Part shown: positions 27,203 through 35,986 of the stretch, piece by piece
Layout of the letters: each line of letters opens with the position of its first letter
How positions within the stretch are numbered: position 1 is the first letter of the stretch
Source of the DNA: Candidatus Sysuimicrobiota bacterium
GTDB taxonomy: Bacteria > Sysuimicrobiota > Sysuimicrobiia > Sysuimicrobiales > Sysuimicrobiaceae
Assembly: GCA_040289515.1 (NCBI GenBank)
Contig: PSLI01000020.1
Span: forward strand, 1-35,986
DNA length: 35,986 nt
Direction of reading: 5' to 3'
Notes under the pieces: model-generated
Databases searched by the model: none
Told to the model about the DNA's origin: nothing
What the model saw: the letters and a program-made list of their open reading frames with translations, nothing else
Made by a program: the position numbers and the translations under genes

Positions 27203-27203
27203 T

Positions 27204-27758
27204 TTAGAACAGGCCGGGGCGGAACACCCCCAGCTCGAACACGCGGCCCGCGTACGGTGTGGGTCCGTGGAACGCCACGAACTGCACGCCCAGCTCCCGG
27301 TAACGGAGGATGGTGGCCCGCACCCCGCGCGGCAGCTGGCAATCTACCCGCTGGGCACCGCCTCCGTACCGCCGTTGGACCTTCTCCAGGGGATCCCCCA
27401 GCCGCACACCCCGGTCGGTGAGGAAGGGGCCGGAAGGCCCGAACCCTGCCAGGACCCGCACCGAGCCGGTGTCCGCGTCCGCGGTGAGCCACAGCCCCTT
27501 TGCGCGCCACGTGAACCGCACCACGCGTCCGGTGGCTCGCACGGTGCACCCCCAGGTGGCCTCCTCCATGTCCACGACGGCGCGTTCGGCCTCCGCCCGG
27601 CCCAAAAGTGCCAGCAGGCCCTGAAGCCCCAGCTGCAGGCGAAACGGACCGATGCCTTGCCCTGGTTCTACCTGCAGGAGGGGAGGGGGTGCGGGAGGCT
27701 CGGGCTGAGCCCGGCCGGGTGCCACCAGGAGTACCGCCGCAGCCACCGCGGCGCCCAC
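27204..27758 (-). CDS. Secreted hypothetical protein, paralog of the upstream neighbour (start may be CTG at 27776)
   Basis: Hydrophobic signal, G.GIGP, F.TDRGVRLG, YG...RVDC, RY..LG.QF, GR.F.LGVFRPG shared with 27761-28330. Confidence 0.75.
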   Translation of the reverse strand: MGAAVAAAVLLVAPGRAQPEPPAPPPLLQVEPGQGIGPFRLQLGLQGLLALLGRAEAERAVVDMEEATWGCTVRATGRVVRFTWRAKGLWLTADADTGSVRVLAGFGPSGPFLTDRGVRLGDPLEKVQRRYGGGAQRVDCQLPRGVRATILRYRELGVQFVAFHGPTPYAGRVFELGVFRPGLF

Positions 27759-27760
27759 CT

Positions 27761-28330
27761 TCAGCGCGTGACGCAGGGGTTGCCCTCCCCCCGGAGGCTG
27801 CCCGGCCGGAAGACCCCCAGGTTGAAGATCCTTCCGTGGATGGGCTGACCCGGGTCGTACGCGGCCGCGAACTGCAGCCCCAGGTCGTGGTACCGCACCA
27901 GGGTGATGCGGTCGGCCCGGCAGTCCACCCGCACGTAGCCGCCGGCCGTGCCGTAGGCGCGCAGGGCGCGATCCAGCGGCATCATCAGCCGGATGCCGCG
28001 GTCCGTGACGAAGTGCGACAGCGTCCCGTACACCCCCACGACGCGCACCCTGCCGGTGGACAGCTCGAAGGAGACCAGGTAGCCTTCGGACTTCCAGTCG
28101 TACGAGAGGATGTTGCGTTCCGGATATCGATCTACCCGCTCGGGCCGGCCCAGCAGGGCCACCATTTCTTCGGCCCGCATGCGCACCGTGATGGGGCCCA
28201 CCCGCTCCCCCGCAACCACCGGCACGTCCTGCGGCCGGGGCGTGGGGTTGCTCTCGCGCTGCGCCAGGGCGGTCACCGGTAAAAGGAGCGCTGCCAGCGC
28301 TGTGAGGGCAGGACGGAGGACGCTACGCAT
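27761..28330 (-). CDS. Secreted hypothetical protein (189 aa)
   Basis: RBS GGAGG; signal peptide MRSVLRPALTALAALLLPVTALA; motifs shared with 27204-27758. Confidence 0.8.
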   Translation of the reverse strand: MRSVLRPALTALAALLLPVTALAQRESNPTPRPQDVPVVAGERVGPITVRMRAEEMVALLGRPERVDRYPERNILSYDWKSEGYLVSFELSTGRVRVVGVYGTLSHFVTDRGIRLMMPLDRALRAYGTAGGYVRVDCRADRITLVRYHDLGLQFAAAYDPGQPIHGRIFNLGVFRPGSLRGEGNPCVTR

Positions 28331-28369
28331 CGTACACCTTCCTCCGACCCATTGTACGAGGAGGCACGC

Positions 28370-29359
28370 GTGGCGAGGCCGCGGGTATACGTGTGCAGGC
28401 CCCTGCTGGGCAGGGCCATGGAGATTCTCCAGGAGTACTGCGAGGTGCGGGTGTGGCCCGACCCGGATGTTCCGCCGCCGCGGGAGGTGCTGCTGGCAGA
28501 GGCCCGGGAGGCCGAGGGGCTGGTCACCCTGGTCACAGACCGGGTGGACGACGGTTTGCTGGCTAGCTGTCCGCGCCTGCGGGTGGTGAGCAACGTGGCC
28601 GTGGGCTACGACAACGTGGACGTGCAGGCGGCCACGCAGCGCGGGGTGGTGGTCACCAACACCCCCGACGTGCTCACGGAGACCACCGCGGACCTGGCGT
28701 GGGCCTTGCTGTTGGCCGCTTCCCGCCGGGTGGCGGAGGCCGACCGGTTCACCCGCGCCGGTCGGTGGCGATCGTGGGGCCTGCAGCTGATGCTGGGGCA
28801 GGACGTGTACGGGCGCACCCTCGGCGTGGTGGGGCTGGGGCGCATCGGCCGGGCGGTAGCGCGGCGCGCGCCGGGGTTCGGCATGCAGGTCCTGTACACC
28901 AGCCGCCGACGTCATCCGGACGCGGAGCGGGAGCTGGGCGTACGGTGGCGGGAGCTGGACGACCTTCTGGCGGAGGCGGACTTCGTGAGCCTGCACACCC
29001 CCTTGACCCCCGAGACCCACCACCTGATCGGCCGGGAGCGGCTGCGCCGAATGAAGCCCACGGCGGTGCTGGTGAACACCTGCCGGGGCGCGGTGGTGGA
29101 CGAGGCGGCGCTGGTAGAGGCCCTGCGGGAAGGCTGGATCTGGGCTGCGGGTTTGGACGTGTTCGAGGAAGAGCCCCTAGCGGCCACCTCGCCCTTGCTT
29201 TCCCTCCCGAACGTGGTGCTGGTCCCCCATGTGGGGAGCGCCAGCTTCGCCACCCGGGCCCGCATGTCGGAGCTGGCCGCGCAGAACTGTGTGGCGGTGC
29301 TGCAGGGCCTCCGTCCCCCGAACCCGGTCAACCCGGAGGTGCTGGAAGGTTCTTCCTAA
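28370..29359 (+). CDS. D-2-hydroxyacid dehydrogenase (glyoxylate/hydroxypyruvate reductase, GyaR-like)
   Basis: AVGYDNVD, TNTPDVLTETTADLA, GLGRIG, LVNTCRG.VVDE, GLDVFE.EP, PHVGSA. Confidence 0.93.
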   Translation: MARPRVYVCRPLLGRAMEILQEYCEVRVWPDPDVPPPREVLLAEAREAEGLVTLVTDRVDDGLLASCPRLRVVSNVAVGYDNVDVQAATQRGVVVTNTPDVLTETTADLAWALLLAASRRVAEADRFTRAGRWRSWGLQLMLGQDVYGRTLGVVGLGRIGRAVARRAPGFGMQVLYTSRRRHPDAERELGVRWRELDDLLAEADFVSLHTPLTPETHHLIGRERLRRMKPTAVLVNTCRGAVVDEAALVEALREGWIWAAGLDVFEEEPLAATSPLLSLPNVVLVPHVGSASFATRARMSELAAQNCVAVLQGLRPPNPVNPEVLEGSS

Positions 29360-29858
29360 GACGAGCCAGGTGCGCGCGAGTGCTCCGCTCCACCGTGCTC
29401 ACCAGATGCGGCCAGCGCTGGAGCACGTCTCGCAAGGCGCGGCGCGCCGGCACCCAGAGGTCCGCGGGCAAACTTTCCAGCTCCTCCCGGTCCAGCACCC
29501 GTGGGGGGCCTCCCGGCAGGCCCAGCACGTCCGCCCCGAGGTCCGTCCACTCCACGGAGGCCTCGGTCAGGTGCGCGGGCGTGGCCACGTTGGCGTAGTG
29601 ACCCAGGCTGGCCCCATCGGGGGATACCCAGTGGTACACGTTGTACCACCGGGACGCCCAGTAGTACGCGAAGGTGGCCACACCCACGGGCAAAGGGAGA
29701 TCCGCGACTTGCCACGGCTCCTCCAGGACGTACAGGAGGACGGTGCTTGCGCGCCGCCGCTGCACCAGGCGGCAGGGATACCGCACCACCGTCCCGTCCG
29801 GGCGGCGCTTGACCTCCACCACCACCGGCAGATGCTGAGCGAAGGACCACGCGTGCAC
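29328..29858 (-). CDS. DUF402-family protein (start uncertain)
   Basis: K..PDG....Y, YYW..RWYNVY, Y.NVATP, WTDL..DV, VLDREEL. Confidence 0.75.
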   Translation of the reverse strand: MHAWSFAQHLPVVVEVKRRPDGTVVRYPCRLVQRRRASTVLLYVLEEPWQVADLPLPVGVATFAYYWASRWYNVYHWVSPDGASLGHYANVATPAHLTEASVEWTDLGADVLGLPGGPPRVLDREELESLPADLWVPARRALRDVLQRWPHLVSTVERSTRAHLARLRKNLPAPPG

Positions 29859-29939
29859 TTTCCCGATTGTAGGGCCTCGCAGGAGGCCCCGGGGCGGGGG
29901 ACGAACCAAGGCGGCGAGGCGAGCATGAGGGAGGGGACC

Positions 29940-30764
29940 ATGAGCCGAAGGAAAGCTGGTTGGGCGCTGGCGGTGGCTGCGGCCCTGCTGGTGGCCGGGT
30001 GCGCCCCCCGCGCGGGGACCCGAGCCACCCCCGGGGCCTCGGCCAGGGCGGGAGGCCTTCCGGACCTGGGCGGGCGGGCGTTGCGGGTGGCCACAGACGC
30101 CACCTACCCGCCCTTCGAGATGCTGGACAGGGACAAAAACGCGATCGGCTACGACGTGGACCTCATCCGGGAGATCTGCCGGCGCGTGAACTGTCGGCCG
30201 GAGATCCGTGCGGTGGCGTGGGAGGGCATCCTCCCCGGCGTGCAGCAGGGCGACTACGACGTGGCCATCTCCGGCATCACCATCACCGAAGAACGCGAAA
30301 AGCAGGTGGACTTCACGGAACCGTACATCGCCGTGGGCCAGGTGGTGATGGTGCGGGCGGAGGAGGCGCGGATCCGGGGAGCCGGGGACCTCGCGGACAA
30401 GGTGGTGGCGGTGCAGTTGGGCACCACCAACGACGAGCTAGCGAGCCGGCTGCAGAAGGAGGGGAAGATCCGGGAGGTGAAGCGCTACCGCACCTTCGAC
30501 CTAGCGGTAGCGGCCCTGCTGAACAGGGACGTAGACGCGGTGATCATCGACAGCGTGGCGGGTCTCGGGTTCATGGCGCAGCAGCCGGGCAAGCTGAAGA
30601 CGGTGGGCGAGAAGCTCACTCAGGAGCAGCTGGGCATCGTGGTTCGCGAGGGCAACGCGGAACTGCGGGACGCCTTCAACGCTGCCCTGCGGGCGCTGAA
30701 GGAGGACGGCACCCTGGACCGCCTGTACCGGAAGTGGTTCGAGGAGTGGAAGCCGACGCAGTAG
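29940..30764 (+). CDS. Polar amino acid ABC transporter substrate-binding lipoprotein (SBP family 3)
   Basis: Lipobox LVAGC; VATDATYPPFE, GYDVDL, W.GI.PG.QQG.YD..ISGITITEER..VDFT.PY, VQLGTT. Confidence 0.93.
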   Translation: MSRRKAGWALAVAAALLVAGCAPRAGTRATPGASARAGGLPDLGGRALRVATDATYPPFEMLDRDKNAIGYDVDLIREICRRVNCRPEIRAVAWEGILPGVQQGDYDVAISGITITEEREKQVDFTEPYIAVGQVVMVRAEEARIRGAGDLADKVVAVQLGTTNDELASRLQKEGKIREVKRYRTFDLAVAALLNRDVDAVIIDSVAGLGFMAQQPGKLKTVGEKLTQEQLGIVVREGNAELRDAFNAALRALKEDGTLDRLYRKWFEEWKPTQ

Positions 30765-30768
30765 GGGC

Positions 30769-31575
30769 GTGAGCCGGGTGGGCTTCCGGAAGGCCGACGC
30801 CCGTGTTCTGCCCGTTCCCCTCCACCGGGTGCCGCCGTGGGTTCTGGTCCTGGCAGTCGCGGGGCTGGTGGTGGCAGCGCGCGTAGCGGGCTCCGAGGTT
30901 TACCGGGAGACCCTGCGGTTTCTGGCCGCCGGGGTCTGGATCACCCTGCTGGTGACCGTGACATCCTTCGCGGTGGCCCTGGGGGTGGGGCTGGTGGCGG
31001 CCCTGCTGCGGCTGTCCCGTTCCTCCCTGCTGCGCACGCTGGCGGTGCTGTACGTGGAGGTGGTAAGAGGGGTCCCCCTGCTGGTTCTGCTCCTGTACAT
31101 CGCCTTCGTGATCACCCCGTGGCTGGCAGACGTGACGGGTGTGGTGTGGTGGCGGGACAACGTGGTGCGGGCCGTGCTGGGGCTGGGCGTGGGGTACGGC
31201 GCCTACCTGGCGGAGGTGTACCGGGCCGGCATCGAGGCCGTCCCCCGGGGTCAGGTGGAGGCGGCCCTATCCCTGGGCCTGTCCCGGGGCCAGGCGCTGC
31301 GGCACGTGGTGCTCCCTCAGGCGGTGCGGGTGGTGCTGCCGCCTCTGGGCAACGACTTCGTGGCCCTGTTGAAGGATTCGTCGCTGGCCTCCGTGATTTC
31401 GGTCACGGAGCTCACGTACTCGGGCAACCTGAACGTGGCGCGCACCTTCCGCTCCTTCGAGACCTACAACGCGGTGGCCCTCCTGTACCTGTGCATGACC
31501 CTGGCGGGCTCCGCGGGGGTGCGGCTGTTGGAGCGGGTCACCCGCGCCCCGGGCGGGGGAGCCTTTGCACCGTAG
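30769..31575 (+). CDS. Polar amino acid ABC transporter permease
   Basis: YVEVVRGVPLLV, AYLAEVYRAGI.AVP.GQ.EAA.SLGL, VVLPQA, LGNDF.ALLKDSSL.SVI. Confidence 0.94.
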   Translation: MSRVGFRKADARVLPVPLHRVPPWVLVLAVAGLVVAARVAGSEVYRETLRFLAAGVWITLLVTVTSFAVALGVGLVAALLRLSRSSLLRTLAVLYVEVVRGVPLLVLLLYIAFVITPWLADVTGVVWWRDNVVRAVLGLGVGYGAYLAEVYRAGIEAVPRGQVEAALSLGLSRGQALRHVVLPQAVRVVLPPLGNDFVALLKDSSLASVISVTELTYSGNLNVARTFRSFETYNAVALLYLCMTLAGSAGVRLLERVTRAPGGGAFAP

Positions 31576-31584
31576 GAGGCAGAT

Positions 31585-32145
31585 GTGAACATTACGGTCA
31601 CCGGCGTCAACGTGGAGGTGGCGGAGGGGATCCGGGCGTACGTGGCCCAGAAGCTGGAGCGGCTAACGAGGCACTTCAACCACCTGCGGGAAGCCAAGGT
31701 GGTGGTCCGGGAGGAGCGGCGCCGCGGCGTAGGACGGGTCCGGGTGGTGGAGGTCACCGCGTGGGGCGACGGGTTCGTCCTGCGGGGCGAGGAGGCTGCC
31801 GCGGACCCGTATGCCTGTGTGGATCGCATCGTGGACAAGCTGGACAAACAGATCAGCCGGCACCGCAGCCGGCTCATCCGCAAGCGGCGGTTGGACGAGC
31901 GGCGGCAGCGCACCACCCAGCGGGCCCGGGCGGAGGCCGCCGTGCGGCCGGAACCGGAGGCACCCGGACTGCGGGTGGTGCGCCGGAAGCGGTTCCCCAT
32001 GAAGCCCATGACGGCGGAGGACGCCGCGCTGCAGATGGAGCTGCTGGGCCACACCTTCTTCGTGTACCGGGACGCGGACTCCGGCCGCGTGTGCGTCCTG
32101 TACCGCCGTCGGGACGGGGACTACGGCGTCATCGAGGCGGACTGA
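31585..32145 (+). CDS. hpf: Ribosome hibernation promoting factor, long form
   Basis: MNITVTG.NVEV..IRAY..QKL.RL, DPYA.VD..VDKL..QI; C-terminal KPMT.EDA.LQMELLGH.FFVY..LYRR.DG.YG.IE. Confidence 0.95.
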   Translation: MNITVTGVNVEVAEGIRAYVAQKLERLTRHFNHLREAKVVVREERRRGVGRVRVVEVTAWGDGFVLRGEEAAADPYACVDRIVDKLDKQISRHRSRLIRKRRLDERRQRTTQRARAEAAVRPEPEAPGLRVVRRKRFPMKPMTAEDAALQMELLGHTFFVYRDADSGRVCVLYRRRDGDYGVIEAD

Positions 32146-32146
32146 G

Positions 32147-33154
32147 GTGCGCGGGCGCTGGCGGGCAGTGCTGACGGCCGTGGTCCTGGCCGCGTGCAGC
32201 CGGGGCCCGGACCTGCGGGGTCTTCCCAGGGTGGGGCTTGCGCCCCCGCGCCTGCTGGAGCGCCTGAGACCCGGCAGCGCCTTTTCGGGTTTTCTTGGTA
32301 GCGCCTGCCTGACGGAGGAGGGCGCTGCGCGGCCCGTGGCGGTCATGGTGGACCACGACCCGCGGGCTCGGCCCCACGACGGGCTGGCCAGCGCGTGTCT
32401 GGTGTACGAGATTCCCACGGAAGCCCGCATCCCGCGCCTGATGGCGGTGTTCGCGGGCGGCAGCCCGGAGCGGGTAGGCCCGGTGCGCAGCGTGCGGCCT
32501 GCTTTCCTTCAGATCGCGGCGGAGTTGGGGGCGGTGGTAGCCCACGCGGGCGCCAGCGAGCCCGGCTTCCGGTACATCCGCAGCCGCGGGGTGCCCACCC
32601 TGAACGAGTTTTCCACACCGTGGCCGTACTGGCGGGACCGCAACCGCCGCATGCCGCACAACCTGTACGCCTCGGTCCCCCGCCTGCGGGAGGCCATCCG
32701 CCGGAAGGGATGGGACGTCCCGCCCCCACACGTGCCCGCGGAGCGCCTGGAGTACCGGCTGCCGGAGGGGGAGCCCGCGTCGGAGGTGGACCTGCCCTAT
32801 CCCCGGGGCTTCCAGGCTCGCTTCGTGTACCGGGAGGGGGTGTACGAGCGGTGGGTGGCAGGCCAGCTGCAGCAAGACCCAGCAGGGCGGCCGCTACGGG
32901 TGGGAGCGGTGGTGGTGCAGTACGCGCGGTGGCGCGGCTGGCGGGCGGGACGGGTGGACGTGTCGGAGGTGGCGGTGGTGGGCTCCGGGTCGGCCGTGGT
33001 GCTGGCGGTCGGAGTGGTGGTGCCCGCACGGTGGCACAAGCCCTCCGACGCTGCGCCCACCGCTTTCACGGACCGGGAGGGACGAGGCCTGGTGCTGCCA
33101 GGCCCTGTGTGGGTGAGCGTGGTGCCCGACGACCTCCGGGCGGTGGTGCGGTGA
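32147..33154 (+). CDS. DUF3048-family lipoprotein
   Basis: Lipobox [48 protein letters not shown]. Confidence 0.88.
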   Translation: MRGRWRAVLTAVVLAACSRGPDLRGLPRVGLAPPRLLERLRPGSAFSGFLGSACLTEEGAARPVAVMVDHDPRARPHDGLASACLVYEIPTEARIPRLMAVFAGGSPERVGPVRSVRPAFLQIAAELGAVVAHAGASEPGFRYIRSRGVPTLNEFSTPWPYWRDRNRRMPHNLYASVPRLREAIRRKGWDVPPPHVPAERLEYRLPEGEPASEVDLPYPRGFQARFVYREGVYERWVAGQLQQDPAGRPLRVGAVVVQYARWRGWRAGRVDVSEVAVVGSGSAVVLAVGVVVPARWHKPSDAAPTAFTDREGRGLVLPGPVWVSVVPDDLRAVVR

Positions 33155-33182
33155 CGGGAACGTAGATGGCCGCGCCCGCGTT

Positions 33183-33188
33183 TATAAT
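33183..33188 (+). promoter_or_regulatory. Putative sigma70 -10 box for secA
   Basis: Perfect TATAAT 27 nt upstream of the secA ATG, with RBS AGGAGG between; -35 not evident. Confidence 0.6.
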
Positions 33189-33215
33189 GGGTGGCGTCTA
33201 GCCACAGGAGGCGCG

Positions 33216-35888
<2,673 letters not shown>

Positions 35889-35986
35889 GGTACGCACTCC
35901 GGGCGTGCTACGAGGTAACGTCAAAGGGTGTGGAAATGCACGAAGGCGGTGTACCCTCCTGGTAGGACAACACGGGCCGCTCAAGG

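Noticed and set aside
27129..27203. HDV-like ribozyme
   Set aside because: A pseudoknot order is present, but no P3/L3/P1.1 lies between the second and first strands and there is no J4/2 linker with a catalytic C
35889..35986. Start of prfB, which often follows secA
   Set aside because: No recognisable RF2 N-terminus or CTTTGAC frameshift site within the remaining 98 nt

Overview
High-GC (roughly 70% by eye) bacterial chromosome segment with a Terrabacteria-like gene order. It starts with the 3' end of tuf, then the complete S10-spc-alpha ribosomal superoperon (rpsJ to rplQ, including secY, adk, map, infA, rpmJ, rpsD and rpoA), ecfA1-ecfA2-ecfT and truA. The truA stop codon lies inside a CAT-anticodon tRNA gene (probably Ile2). 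A small decayed islet follows the tRNA: a doubly frameshifted HEPN/DUF86 toxin, an intact MntA-type nucleotidyltransferase, a second HEPN scrap, a secreted glycoside-hydrolase-like protein and a signal-peptide stub. Next is an apparent operon menG/ubiE - ireB/reoM - murA-like - nuoB-nuoD-nuoI-nuoC. It is the most unusual part of the window: the MurA-degradation regulator sits directly beside a MurA with two active-site substitutions (Lys22->Val, Cys115->Asp), followed by a scrambled complex I Q-module with no membrane subunits. After nuoC lies a probable integrative-element remnant (integrase N-terminal stub, frameshifted DUF4352 lipoprotein, tandem direct repeats, a structured palindromic element). 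The rest holds two paralogous secreted proteins, a 2-hydroxyacid dehydrogenase, DUF402, a polar amino acid ABC binding protein and permease, long HPF, a DUF3048 lipoprotein and secA. All family assignments are from motif recognition by eye; no searches were run.
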